A DNA stretch of 63,999 nt, the filler included, from Dirinaria sp. TL-2023a (taxonomy: Eukaryota): NCBI GenBank assembly GCA_051941275.1. It is 11 parts of 11 records of this genome, joined end to end, with 100 filler letters (N's around TTAATTAATTAA, not from the genome) between each part and the next. Parts side by side here need not be neighbours in the genome. Positions count along the whole stretch, not along the records: positions 11,838 to 17,639 come from JAVEBF010001582.1; positions 17,740 to 23,532 come from JAVEBF010001583.1; positions 23,633 to 29,417 come from JAVEBF010001584.1; 8 more parts are not named here. One strand, written 5' to 3'. How positions within the stretch are numbered: position 1 is the stretch's first letter; each line of letters starts with the position of its first letter. Positions 12,709 to 24,183 of the stretch are shown piece by piece. The position numbers were made by a program, and so were the translations under genes. The notes under the pieces were generated by a model. It saw only the letters and a program-made list of their open reading frames with translations, was not told where the DNA came from and did not search any database.

Positions 12709-14574
12709 CTACATACACTTTACCACACCAAAATCCGTCCTCCGACACCCAAACAACTCCCAAGCCTCTTCACTCCACGGATCTGGCACCACAACAACAG
12801 GAGCAGCTTCTTCTCTCGAGTTTTGTCTGCACTGCGGACCTGTATCTGAAATTGTTTTTCTTAGTGGACGCTTGTTATTGCTGGTATCGATAGCTGTTGT
12901 TGAAGCTGAAGTTATCACTGCTGAGAGGGAGCGCTGGAGTGGTTTTGGTTTTTGTTTTGGTTTTGGAGGCGACTGGGCTAGTTTTTCCGGGATTCGCGGA
13001 GGTTTGGGGTTTGGAGGTTGGATGCATGGAGGAGGAGGATTCAGCTGAAGGGATTTTTTTTGGGTATTTTTGTTGCTGAGGGAAGGCTTTGGTGGATTTA
13101 ATGGGTGGCGTTGGAGTAGAGAATCGAGTCTTGCGAGCTCGTCTGATACCGTCATTTGCGCATTTTGAGGGGTTCGGTTCACAGTTGGCGAGAAGGTCTG
13201 AGCATGGAGATCGTGGTGATTACTATTGCCTTTGGAGGTTTCAGTGCTATTTTCGCCGGCTACTGCGTCATCGTCAGGTAAAGGTGCAGGAAGTTCGTCT
13301 TCGGACAGAAATAAAGCTCCAGGATCCCTGGCTGAGTTTGAGTCGAGATCATGAACAGAGCCGCTTTGCTCTCTACTATGCTTCTTTAATCGCTGGCGCA
13401 GCCGATTTCTCTGCTCTCTGTGAAACTGGCTGAGGGGCTCAGTTTGCGACGCTGTCTCGTTTGAATTTGATGAATTTCTTCTTAGTGAACTCGGATTTTC
13501 AAGCTGTACTTTATTGCCTTGTGCTAGTTTAATGGATTCTGGTGCTGAAGGCAATAAATCTTTGTACATTAGTTTCTGCCGAGGTTTGCTTGATGCTATC
13601 CTGAGTCGAGCTCCCCGAGGTGCTGGGTCTTTCCTTGCTTCAGGCTTGCCACTGCGGTCAATGATAATAACGTCTGGAGATTTCCTGCTTGCGCTTTCTG
13701 GAAGCTTTTGAGGTCGTGGGGGTTGTGCTGTAGGCCCTGTAAGACTTTTCGAACCATTATCTGGCTCTACATTGTCTCTGTGGCGTCTTCTCTTCTCCTT
13801 CGGCTGTCTACGATGACTGTGCTCCCGCTCCACTGTTCCTACTGCGATTTCCGGCCTTATCAGCTGAGCAGCGTCACCCGGCACGCCAGCTGGCCGTTGC
13901 TCGACGGATCTGGGCGGTCTACTTTCTTGAGGCTTGACCGGAGCAGAACGCGGTGGACTTGGCCTTATAGAGGGATCGCGTGACGGAATGGCGTGACTCT
14001 CATGCGTTGTCATGATTCTCTGTCTCTTTGCCGCTGGCTCCTTGATACCGACTTCTACATTGTTCGCTTTCCGCTCTTCATATGGCGACTTGGTGGGCAA
14101 TGTTGCCCTTCCAATTCGTCCTCTCGGTGTACCCAAAAGCGAATTCAGCGTCCTCGGTCTCAGCTGCGACGGTACAGCTGCCGTCGGCCTCACTGAGTCT
14201 TCGGGCACATGTTGGGTCACTGTTCCCCTTGTCGGGCTACTTCCCCCGCCCACTGCCTCCTTAGACCTCCTCTTCTCGAACAATCCACTAATATCCTGAT
14301 CTGTTTTCGCCGTGGGCTCCCCGACCTGTATAAGGACTCCTTTGTCAAGCCGTAATTCGTCCCCTTCCTGGATGGGCTCTGGTTCGCGCCAATGGGTATC
14401 GCCGATAAAGTTTCGTGGTTCATCGTAGACCATGACGCGCTTATTGAAAGTATGAAAACGGGCAAGGCCATCTTGCCACCTCTTAGCTTTCCGCCGTAGA
14501 TCAAATGTATAGAGGCAGCGGAAGTCAAGTACTGGAGCGGTATTCTGGGTTGAAGGGACGCTGAGGGAGGGCAT
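12709..14574 (-). CDS. DUF2439 (ZGRF1/Mte1/Dbl2 N-terminal-like) domain protein
   Basis: N-terminal FRCLYTFDLRRKAKRWQDGLARFHTFNKRVMVYDE..FIGDTHWR is the DUF2439 signature. The rest is disordered, with a C-terminal DPWSEEAWELFG motif. ATG at 14574. Confidence 0.85.
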   Translation of the reverse strand: MPSLSVPSTQNTAPVLDFRCLYTFDLRRKAKRWQDGLARFHTFNKRVMVYDEPRNFIGDTHWREPEPIQEGDELRLDKGVLIQVGEPTAKTDQDISGLFEKRRSKEAVGGGSSPTRGTVTQHVPEDSVRPTAAVPSQLRPRTLNSLLGTPRGRIGRATLPTKSPYEERKANNVEVGIKEPAAKRQRIMTTHESHAIPSRDPSIRPSPPRSAPVKPQESRPPRSVEQRPAGVPGDAAQLIRPEIAVGTVEREHSHRRQPKEKRRRHRDNVEPDNGSKSLTGPTAQPPRPQKLPESASRKSPDVIIIDRSGKPEARKDPAPRGARLRIASSKPRQKLMYKDLLPSAPESIKLAQGNKVQLENPSSLRRNSSNSNETASQTEPLSQFHREQRNRLRQRLKKHSREQSGSVHDLDSNSARDPGALFLSEDELPAPLPDDDAVAGENSTETSKGNSNHHDLHAQTFSPTVNRTPQNAQMTVSDELARLDSLLQRHPLNPPKPSLSNKNTQKKSLQLNPPPPCIQPPNPKPPRIPEKLAQSPPKPKQKPKPLQRSLSAVITSASTTAIDTSNNKRPLRKTISDTGPQCRQNSREEAAPVVVVPDPWSEEAWELFGCRRTDFGVVKCM

Positions 14575-15315
14575 GGTGCGCGAGGACACTTGAATCCTCG
14601 CGGCCGATCAGCCTCATCTAGGCAGTATACGTTGGAGCGATAATGCAAAAAAAGTCTATTCCTGGGTAGCTTTCAGTCCCATCATGATCGCGCGAGGTCT
14701 AGAGCCAGCAACTGTAGTTAAAGGTCAACCGCGTTTATGCTACGCGAATCACTCTACGCGCTCACGTGACTTTGAAACACTGATAACAGAGGGCTTCGTA
14801 AGAAATAGCAACGCTACAACAATCTACATGTATGTTGGCCAGTGGTTTGGCGGGCGTTCGATTCATTCTGCCACATAAGCTTAGCTCTGGGTTATCTTAG
14901 CTCCTAACCAGGGATTCCTACTACAAATAGTGAGCTTACCGTCCGTGAAAACCCATGAATGAACGACAACTGATACAAGCGATCATGCAATTGTCATTTG
15001 AATCCCTTAGTAAACGCTCCTAAAGACGTGATAGCTTGACTACTTTAGCTCTAGCTTACCCCAGCTCTAGTCTACCCCGGCTCTTATTATGAAAGCTTCA
15101 GATATATTTTATGTTCGCTCAAAGTGCAGTAGTTGAGCCAATCTAGTGGAGTTGCAACACATTCAATTTTAACACACCCAAATAAAACACATTCGATTGC
15201 AGCACGTACGTTTCAATATCAGACTCCTGATTAATATCAGGAAGAATACTTCTACCCTCCCACCTTATTTTACGCTCCCCATCTTCTTTCTTCTCAGCCT
15301 TCTTCTGAAACGTGC

Positions 15316-16323
15316 ATGATGGATGAAGACGGATTTAGCAAAATACGACGTCCCTGTGGGATCCTTACCCACAAAAATAAGGACAAGTGGTTCCGCCTTA
15401 TGAAGCAATATCTGATTGGCGAGGACCTGTGGCACTTTATCGACGACTCCAATCAATGCACCTCCAAATACAGCGCTCATTCAGCCTACACATTCAATGG
15501 AAAGCTCATATACATCATCAGCATCTGCCTTAGTGACGATGATCAAGAAGACTTGGCAAATATTACTACTGCTAAGGAATTATGGGAAGCCCTGGGGGGA
15601 AAGTATGGGGAGAACCTGCCATCCTCTAGAAAGCACCTGGAAGACTTTATATTCTACAAGAAGCCTGCGGATAAGACGATTGATGAAGCATGGGCCCAAG
15701 TCTGTGAGTACGGTCGAAAAGCAGCTACGGTGTCATCTGACATGGCACACCTGCGTACTCCCGTTCGTTGTATGCAGCAACTCTTCGCATCATTGGGACC
15801 AGATTATCGGATCACCGTCGATGCCATCGTCGATACCCTTGACGGCAGCAATGCAACTCGCGAAACAGAGGATATCTTGCAAAAGCTGCGAGAGAAGGAA
15901 ACTCAATTGAAAACTGAAGAGTCGACCATGGTGGCGAAACAGGCAGCAAAGCACAAGAGCAGCCGATCGCACCATCATCAGCGAGGGACCTACTCTGATT
16001 CTAACGAATCGCATCCTTCCGACTCCCATTCAACCAAACGACACTGCTATCTGTGCAAGGGGCCTCACGAATTGAAGCAGTGCCCAATGAGAAGCGAGTT
16101 TAATGCGTTTAGAAAGTGGAAGCGAATGGAAGCCAAGAAACCTGACTCCAAAGTCAAAGCCGACTCAAAATCTAAGAAGCATCGCGCCTATGATGCCGAA
16201 ACCGATCCCGAGTTCTCCGAAGGCGTTTCGGACTCAGAACGGCAACGAGTGATGATGCTTTTAGAACATTTCGGAAGCCAACCGAAACTGAGCAAGAATG
16301 AAAATCAAACGGTTGTGGCATAG
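15316..16323 (+). CDS. Ty1/copia-type Gag protein (intact, no pol)
   Basis: LTHKNKDKWFRLMKQYLIGEDLWHFID (copia gag N-terminus), TAKELWEALGGKYG (Retrotran_gag_2-like) and the zinc knuckle CYLCKGPHELKQC. No protease, integrase or RT follows. Confidence 0.8.
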   Translation: MMDEDGFSKIRRPCGILTHKNKDKWFRLMKQYLIGEDLWHFIDDSNQCTSKYSAHSAYTFNGKLIYIISICLSDDDQEDLANITTAKELWEALGGKYGENLPSSRKHLEDFIFYKKPADKTIDEAWAQVCEYGRKAATVSSDMAHLRTPVRCMQQLFASLGPDYRITVDAIVDTLDGSNATRETEDILQKLREKETQLKTEESTMVAKQAAKHKSSRSHHHQRGTYSDSNESHPSDSHSTKRHCYLCKGPHELKQCPMRSEFNAFRKWKRMEAKKPDSKVKADSKSKKHRAYDAETDPEFSEGVSDSERQRVMMLLEHFGSQPKLSKNENQTVVA

Positions 16324-16343
16324 AGTCATAGCATGCGCATACC

Positions 16344-16596
16344 GAGGGGGGGGGGGTTGAAAACATAGGTAATCTGGCATAGACTCTGCGAAAGCGTGTT
16401 ACACTGCCTGCGATTTCAACATCTGGTTTCATAGTACACAGAAGACTCTGAAACTCTAATGCAAGTATGCGAGTCAACCAGGCTGTATGGCCATATCTTT
16501 CAATCCTCACCATACATTGAATACTATTTCTCCTGCATGTATCCCCTACTGAAAATCAGCCTTAACATAAGGTAGGGCTGAATACCTATTTCAAGA
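16344..16596 (+). mobile_element. Polypurine tract plus putative degenerate 3' LTR (~240 bp) of a copia element
   Basis: GAG12 tract 20 nt after the gag stop, followed directly by TTGAAAACATAGGTAAT. Near-inverted counterpart AATACCTATTTCAAGA at 16581-16596. Confidence 0.45.
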
Positions 16597-17639
16597 CGAA
16601 AAAGGAGTTAGTTACCCAGCTTTCCCACCGTTGAAAACTCTCCGCCTCAAAATAGAGACTTCTTCCTTATCATATCATTGCCTCTTATCTATTTTCATCC
16701 TTTTCTAGATCACACACAGGCCCAATACCACACCACCTTGCTTGTCCCCGCACGAAAACGTACTACGTACTACTCCTTTTCTGACCATTTTACTGATTCT
16801 TGCCTCTTTCTTTCTTATCGACTAAGAAGATATCCGAAAAGGGAAAAAAAAAGGGAAAACAAAGAAATGGCCCGAAGCTCAGTAGAGGTCCGAAATATGA
16901 GAGGTGACGAGTATCAAAAATCGATAAAATAGATGAAGGGGGAGAGAGAATCGATGTTATGGAGCCTCTGTAAAGTCCTGCAATCTCGATGGTGTAACGA
17001 ATGATAGGGAATAAGTGAGATGAGTCTGTCTAGTCGTTCGTTGCGGACGGAGTGGAGCTGCTTGACAAAAGCGCCCCTCACCCCCCTTTCTTTTTTTTTT
17101 TTTTTTTTTTTTTTTTGGACTCAAATTGAATCGATCTGAGTAATGAGGCGTTGACTTATCCTTCATGAAAGAGTTCATTGTCAAACAACCTGTGCTGAAG
17201 GAATCGAATCGGAACTATTACACATCATACACGTGAAACAATCCACCTTATTCCCACACAGCATCAAGGTTTCTGATTTTTGCCACCAGACGTGTTTGAA
17301 CACCATCCAGGTACAGCGAATATGCAGAGCCGAATCAGCGAAGCTAGCTTCTATAACAAACGCCATGGTACTTACCTACATACCACACTTGGAAAGTGAT
17401 TCACCGGTGACGAGTAAGCACTTCGTTCTCCAAGACCCACTTATCTGCATTTTATCTAAATATCATACAGGCTCATCAAGTCCGTCCAAGGGATCTCCAG
17501 TAGTCTTCACACGCTCAGAAACTCAATTCGTCTTCTTGCCTACTGATAAACCAAACATCAATTCCTGCCAATATGCACCACCTCTTAAACCAATCCCCAT
17601 CAAAACCCCTCATCAAAACCCCACCTTCAATCTCTTCCC

Positions 17640-17739
17640 NNNNNNNNNNNNNNNNNNNNNNNNNNNNNNNNNNNNNNNNNNNNTTAATTAATTAANNNNN
17701 NNNNNNNNNNNNNNNNNNNNNNNNNNNNNNNNNNNNNNN
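17640..17739. other. Artificial contig-joining spacer
   Basis: N44-TTAATTAATTAA-N44. Confidence 0.99.
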
Positions 17740-17827
17740 CTTCCAAGTCCACACCCACCCCTCCTCTCTACCAAACTCTCCATCTCCACTTCCCATCTTC
17801 TTTTAACAAACAAGTTCGCTACCTTAG

Positions 17828-18118
17828 GATCACTCCGCCGCCCTAGCCCTCGTCTCCGCTCGCGAACCTTCCTCCCCCAACTCCAAATCCACTCCCTCTA
17901 CTACTACTACTACCAAGCCCGCTCCTCACCCGAGACTCATGTCGCAGGAAACCATGTCAGCCGAAGGAGACCCAGACATGCAGCGCGCAACGGATCTGTT
18001 GGACTTACATGATGGGGTAAAAATCAAGCATGCGCAGGGTCTGGACAATGATTTATTAGAGGCGAGGAAGCAGGTTGAGCGTGTGATGGAGGGATTAAGG
18101 AGGGAAGGACGGACATGA
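17828..18118 (+). CDS. Last exon of a small conserved fungal hypothetical protein (5' end missing)
   Basis: After the acceptor ACCTTAG (17827) it reads DHSAALALVSAR...DPDMQRATDLLDLHDGVKIKHAQGLDNDLLEARKQVERVMEGLRREGRT*. Not in the ORF track. Confidence 0.55.
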   Translation, partial: DHSAALALVSAREPSSPNSKSTPSTTTTTKPAPHPRLMSQETMSAEGDPDMQRATDLLDLHDGVKIKHAQGLDNDLLEARKQVERVMEGLRREGRT

Positions 18119-18421
18119 GAGATTACATTAAGGAGAAAAATTTTGACAGAACTTTGAGTGAACGGAATTTTTTTTGCTGTCATAAGCAATATGGGCCATG
18201 TACGGTCTAGGGCATGGCAGAAACGAACGCTTTGCTTTCCGACTTGCTTAGCACTAATCGTGGAGGTTTTGCGGAAAGCACCGAAATCTTAGGATCCACA
18301 CCCAACAACCCATGAGTACGACTTCACCAAAGCCAACAGCTCCCATTCATTAAAGCGCTCCGCCAACGGAGCCGTTCTTACCATCCTACCCCGACAGCCA
18401 ACAATCGAACCTAAAGCCATC

Positions 18422-20572
18422 CTACGCTGCCACTTCGGTACTTTGATCGTCTTCGACAACCCTGAACTGCCCACTCGCCATTTGCCTCAGTACTGGCTTT
18501 GTATCGCCCGAAATCTCCCTCCCGAACGCCATATCAAGGAAGGATTTGCGCGCTACCAAATTGCGAGCTTTGCGGATGAAGGACTGACTCTTTCGCAGAC
18601 GAGGGGAATCTGGGGGGTTGGCTTGGGTCTTGATTGATGGCGCTTCGACGTTCTCGCCTTTCGCAAGACGTCTTAGTCGCTGCTTCGTCTGCCGACCGAC
18701 CCGCCTGCCCAGTGCTGCATTCAAAAAGATCGGCCGCGCGGCCAAATTCCGAGCCTTGCGAAGGTAAAGCTTCCGCCTTCTTACGCGAGGTTGCTTCAAT
18801 TTCTCCGTGGCAGAGTTCACGGTATGCTGAACAGAGACGATCGAACCATGTCGAGAGATGATCCTGTACTCATCATTTGGTGTTGATTGGGCTGCTGGGG
18901 TCGGACATGGCTCGGTAATATCCTGTTCAGTAGCTTCGCTAGGGCTCTGAACGAAAATTTTTGGTGGTGCCGGAAGAGTTACTTTCTTGGCTACAGAGCT
19001 CTTGCGTTTCTGAATCGAGGGCTGTTGTAGGAGTTGGTCGTCCGGAATGCTCACCCGCTTGATGACTTCAGCCGGTTCGATCTTGGATCCGGGATGAACA
19101 GTGCGACCTGCAGGATTGTCTGATTCTGCGACTGATACAGCATCGTCGACTGCTTCCTTTGTGCCAGTTGAAGGCAATTCACCTCGCTTATCCTCTAGCG
19201 ATGCTTCTTGATCGTCCTGTGAAGGGCCGACACTTGAATTACGGGGGCCAGCCTCTCTAGCCTCAATCCTTGGTGTAGCTTCCTCATTGCCCTCTCGGGC
19301 AGCGGGAGCTGAGTCTTCGTGGCCAGGCTCCTTCGTCTGCTCGACTTCTACCAATGATTCAGTTGCGATAGGCACTGTTGACTGGTCTGAAGAGGTGTTT
19401 GATTCTCCACTAGTAGCGTTGAAGACTTGTGGCTCTGCAGCTTCCTTGGTGCGATCGACTGGATGATCAGTTCTTGCTCGACGTAGCGAAAGCTCAGTAG
19501 GGTATGACCGGATTGAAGGATACTTTGACGCCTCGCCGGGCCTGGCAGGGAAAGTTTGCCATGACCGGAATTGAGTAGGCTTTTCGAATGAATCGTTCAG
19601 CTCCTGTTCGTTACTTGATGGCGTAGGCTGAGATTGTCCGTTGCTTTGATTCAGTTGATTGCTACTTGTTTCTCTCGCTGACGGTGTGTGAACCTGTGTT
19701 CTGGACTCCTCAGCTGCTTCCTCCAACGGTCTATAGCGAGTTTCGTTTATGCTTTCTCTATGCGAATCTTGAGTACTCTCTAAGCCACGCAATGTGTTCC
19801 ACTTTACCGGGGCTTGAAATTCTGTGTCGTTCTGATGATCGGTAGCACCCGAAGAATACACGGATTCAGTGTCCTCATCTGGGAAAGCACCAGCCATTCT
19901 TTCGGCTTCCTGTGTGCGAGAGTTCACCGAGGCTCTGTGCGAGATTTTTTGCTGCTCTGGATGCTGTTCACCTGCAGGGATCGGGGTATGTTCCGGACCT
20001 TCTGGTCGTTGCTCGCCAAGTATGCCCGGAGAATTTAAGTCTTTATCGGTTTCGACCGCTGCTTCTAGTTCCGGGGTGTTTGTTTGATTCCAGCTGTTTT
20101 CCGGAGCTTTTCTACTACTTCTGCGCTCAGACACTGGTGAACGGGAAACCCGATCTGAGGGCTGATGCTCTTCGGCAGCGACTGCCTCTGGACGGGCTGG
20201 GCTATCGTTGATTTAGCATGTATGCCAGTCGCAACGGAGAAATACTCACTCATCGGACCCCTCGGGGTTTTGGGATGCTTTATGACGCAGATATGGGTGA
20301 GAGGCGTGTTCGTGCGCCTTTTGAAACGACTGGTTTCTGGCGCCTTGCTCAGGTCTTGATATTTCCCCTGTTGCATTCACAGGAGCCATTTCATTAGGCT
20401 TCTGTCTCCGCTTCTCTTCTACGTCTACTTCAACGGATACAAAGCGAGGCCAGCCCCAGCCAGACGAATGAGTAGACTGCAGGGATCCTTTACGTCTCTC
20501 GGGACCAGGGCGGCCTTTGCTGGGATTAGGATGGTCTTTCTGAGGACGGGTGGGGGATTCAGCGTTGGACAT
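18422..20572 (-). CDS. Hypothetical, largely disordered protein (~700 aa) with a duplicated basic C-terminal motif
   Basis: Exon 1 (20572-20250) and exon 2 (20201-18422) join in frame across intron GTGAGT...GCTAAA..TAG. Confidence 0.7.
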
Positions 20573-20897
20573 GTCGGCCAAAAGCAATGCTCAATACCAA
20601 TGGAAAAGAAATGAAGAATGCGAATAAGGGCAATAGATGAACGTAGGATGAAAAAGTCTTTGGGAGATCGGAACATGCAAGCGTGCTAAGAAGACTTGCA
20701 ATGATCACTTCCCTGCCAGAATGGCAGGAGCGCCCAACTGAGAAGGAAGTCACGGCATTATCTGGCAATAGCAGCCTGTCTGAAGTGGGTTGAACACCAT
20801 CACCCTGAACTCACTGATCTACAGTATTTGGAAGTCATAAGCTTAATATTCGTGACAATTCGTGCCCTTGCGCGACGCATGTCTTGTACCTAAGTAA

Positions 20898-21683
20898 TCA
20901 TAGGTGCTCTTTGACCGCGGATCTGATATGCTCCGCCATCACATCGGGTACTGTTACTTGAGGAAAGTGTTTCGATGGCAACAGCCCGACAGGAATCCCC
21001 GCACCAAAGCCGTCGACGACATTCTGATAAAAGAAGCCCGCAGGCGTCAAAGCTCCGATGGTCCAGCGTACAGGACGCCTGGTGAGTTCCTCCTTGGAAA
21101 ATGATCTTTCTACTACGTCGACATAGTAGCGCTGCCAAGTGACCCAATTCTTTTCCAACCGTTTGCGATATTCAGGTCCCAGTTCACGCCACGATTCTTC
21201 GGCGTCCGACATGACACCGCCAAACACATCGTTACAGGCTTCAAGCAATTCGTCGGGGCTCAACGGTTTCAGAGCCTTGATCGGGTCCGGACAACTCAGA
21301 GGTACCTCGTGCACGATTGCGTTCCGAACACGGCTTGGGTGGTCGGCCACCAGCGCCAAAGCAGCTAGTCCTCCAGAACTGCAGCCCCAGACACTAACTT
21401 GGTCGATGGACAGCTGGTCGAGTAGCCCGACAATCTGGGCCGCCATCTTCGAGGCGCTGTAATCTTGCATTGCTGATTCCGGGGCCGTCGTGCGTGACAT
21501 GCCCGGCATGTCGAATGTGGTCACAGTGAATGAATCGGCGAGAGCTCCAGAAACTTTGGCAAAGTATTCGCAGTCCCCTTCGCCGGATGGGATCAGGATC
21601 ACGTCTGGCCCACTTCCTTGCCTCACACAGTGCCATTCGATACCATCGCTTGTCCGCACCCTAGATACTGAAGGTTGAGACAT
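20898..21683 (-). CDS. Alpha/beta hydrolase, zearalenone lactonohydrolase (ZHD101)-like
   Basis: 261 aa, intronless. GSGPDVILIP, VTTFDMPGMSR, VWGCSSG (nucleophile), RNAIVHEVP (acid), WTIGALTP..FF..NVV and GLLPSKHFPQV (His) parallel ZHD101 as recalled (GTGPDVVLVP, VTTFDMPGMSR, VWGCSSG, RNAMCHELP, GLLPGMHFPYV). Confidence 0.88.
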   Translation of the reverse strand: MSQPSVSRVRTSDGIEWHCVRQGSGPDVILIPSGEGDCEYFAKVSGALADSFTVTTFDMPGMSRTTAPESAMQDYSASKMAAQIVGLLDQLSIDQVSVWGCSSGGLAALALVADHPSRVRNAIVHEVPLSCPDPIKALKPLSPDELLEACNDVFGGVMSDAEESWRELGPEYRKRLEKNWVTWQRYYVDVVERSFSKEELTRRPVRWTIGALTPAGFFYQNVVDGFGAGIPVGLLPSKHFPQVTVPDVMAEHIRSAVKEHL

Positions 21684-22132
21684 CGTGACTAGCTTTTGAT
21701 CTTGATTGTACTTTGGATATTGATGGCTTTCATGTGGCAACGATTTTATAGGGAAGATCGTTCCCTACGGTGATCTGAGCGTAGAACGTCATCATATTGC
21801 CCGCTTCGGGTAACCAGACAAACACGGCATGAGTGATAAGGCACGTTGTGTGCCATGATTGTCTCCTGCACCATTACTATTAAGGTACTATGGTAAGGTA
21901 GTACCCTATGATCGACCAACCCTCGGCCTCGGTCACAGCGGCTCAGAGCGGTTTGCAACAATAGCAAGGTAAGGTAGACACCAATGGTGATTGGTGGCCT
22001 AGTACCCAACCCTCGATCAACCCTAACAGTCAGCCATCTCACCTCTCCACTCAATCATTTTCGCTGAAGCTCTTCAAATCGACTCTGGGCCAACCGTTCC
22101 ACGTCCATGTGCGATCAGCATCGCTGCTCGTC

Positions 22133-23532
22133 ATGGCAACAAGTGTTGATGCGAAGCTGCTTAAGCAGACGAAATTTCCTACTGAGTTCAACCAGAAAGT
22201 GGACATGAAAAAGGTTAATGTGGAGGTCATGAAAAAGTAAGGGCCAATTTGCCCGTGGATAAAGATAGTGCTAATATACGCTCTGGTTGATAGATGGATT
22301 GCAGGCAAGATATCGGATATCCTAGGAAGCGAAGACGATGTAGTCATTGAGCTCTGCTTCAATCTGCTTGAAGGCTCACGCTTCGTACGCAGCTCTTTTA
22401 AGACGGTCATATATCGGTGATTGAGCTAATGAGCTCCGCTATAGCCAGATGTGAAGGTCTTACAGATTCAGCTTACCGGATTCCTCGACAAGGACACTGC
22501 AAAATTCTGCAAAGAGCTGTGGACATTGTGCCTCAGTGCCCAGAGTAACCCCCAGGGTGTGCCAAAAGAGCTACTAGAAGCGAAGAAGCTAGAATTGATC
22601 CAGGAAAAGGTCATACGCTTATATTCAAATTCAGACTCAAATACTCACTTCGAAAATAGATCGATGCTGAGAAAGCAGCCGAAGAGGCCAAAAAACGCAA
22701 GGAACTGGAGCGCACAAAGGACAGGAACATCGAAAACATCCGACAACGGGAGCGCGGCGAGCGGGCTCGAGGTAGAGGGAGAGGCGATCGAGGCAATTAT
22801 GACTACGACCGCCGCCCACCAAGATATTCCAGATCTCCACCTCCAAGACGCCGCAGCCCGCCGCCTCGCTCCGATTATCGTGGCCCGGCACCACGACGGG
22901 ACACTGATACGTACATACCAGGAGGCCGTTCAGACCGTCGACCCGACCACAGAAGGCGTCGTCGATCGTCTTCAAGCAGAAGATCCATGTCTCGCTCGAG
23001 GTCCATCTCACCAGCCTATGCAAGACGTAGGAGATATAGCGATGATGAGTCGCCCCGGCCAAGATATCGCCGGCGCGTGCCGAGCCGAACGCCATCTCCA
23101 GTGCGACGAGGGTACGATAGAGGCAGAGGACGAAGAAGTCCACGGCGTGGTGATCGAGCTAGATCCCTTACACCTTCAGATGCCTCTCGCTCACCATCTC
23201 CCAGAAGACCTCGAAGGAGGCGAAGTCCTTCAATCTCCTCTCGCAGCCGCAGTCCTCCAGCAGCGAGGCGGCGGCGTCGCTCTCCTTCTACCTCAAGGTC
23301 ACGTCCTCGCTCACTAGAGGACCGGAGACGGGCAAGCAGACCCAGGAGATCACCCTCTTACTCTACTCAAAGCGACCGTGGTCATAAGCGCGCTGATGAT
23401 CGCAAGGGCAGAAGACAACGGGACCACCACCATCACCGGCGGCGCAGCATTTCTCGCAGTCACAGCCCACGAAACCGCTCTCGAGAGCACCATCCCGCTC
23501 TGCCGCCCTCCCCCCAACCGAAAGCTCCGCGG
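22133..23532 (+). CDS. PWI-domain SR-related splicing factor (SRRM1/SRm160-like); 3'-truncated
   Basis: MATSVDAKLLKQTKFPTEFNQKVDMKKVN..WIAGKISDILGSEDDVVIELCFNLLE..LQIQLTGFLDKDTAKFCKELW spread over three short introns, followed by a long RS/RSP-rich region. Confidence 0.92.
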
Positions 23533-23632
23533 NNNNNNNNNNNNNNNNNNNNNNNNNNNNNNNNNNNNNNNNNNNNTTAATTAATTAANNNNNNNNNNNN
23601 NNNNNNNNNNNNNNNNNNNNNNNNNNNNNNNN
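23533..23632. other. Artificial contig-joining spacer
   Basis: N44-TTAATTAATTAA-N44. Confidence 0.99.
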
Positions 23633-23974
23633 GGAAGGATCTGAGCGTGGAGGGAAGGGGGAAGGGGGGTAAGGAGGTGCGGTGTGGAGTTTTGGGAGTG
23701 TTGGAATCTTGATTGGGTTGATGGATTGAGGTATTGAAGAAGCAGAGTTGTTTCTTTATGATTGGTGGATGGATTTGGTAAGTGGAGGGTTAAGATCTTG
23801 TTTGTCGAGAAGCTTCTTTTTGATGTTCCTACTGGATATCCTGGAAGGAAATGAAGAAGAAGTTTGTGCAGTAGTAGGGCTTCTTCTTTTGGTATTGGTT
23901 GAAAAGGTGCTGCATTGCACATGCTCTTCTCACGCATCACTGGTATCAGAAGCAACGAAGATACACATGATAAT

Positions 23975-24097
23975 AGGAATCGAAGAGTTATCAAAGCAAT
24001 CGGTTCATTCGAATGAGTGTATCAGAAGCATCTAATATGCAGGTGATCAAAGGAATCGAAGAATTATCAAAGCAATCGGTTCATCCGAACGAGTGGA
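23975..24097. repeat. Short direct duplication (~45 bp x2)
   Basis: AGGAATCGAAGA(G/A)TTATCAAAGCAATCGGTTCAT(T/C)CGAA(T/C)GAGTG at ~23975 and ~24051. Confidence 0.85.
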
Positions 24098-24183
24098 TGG
24101 AGCTAAGAAAATAATGGTGATCGTACGCAAAAACCTTCCGATTCACACATGTTCCAGTGTCATGCTGACATGACTAACGAAGA

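Noticed and set aside
22451..23317. 288-aa ORF as a separate protein
   Set aside because: Only its first ~53 codons belong to the PWI gene. The rest is read-through of an intron into the wrong frame.
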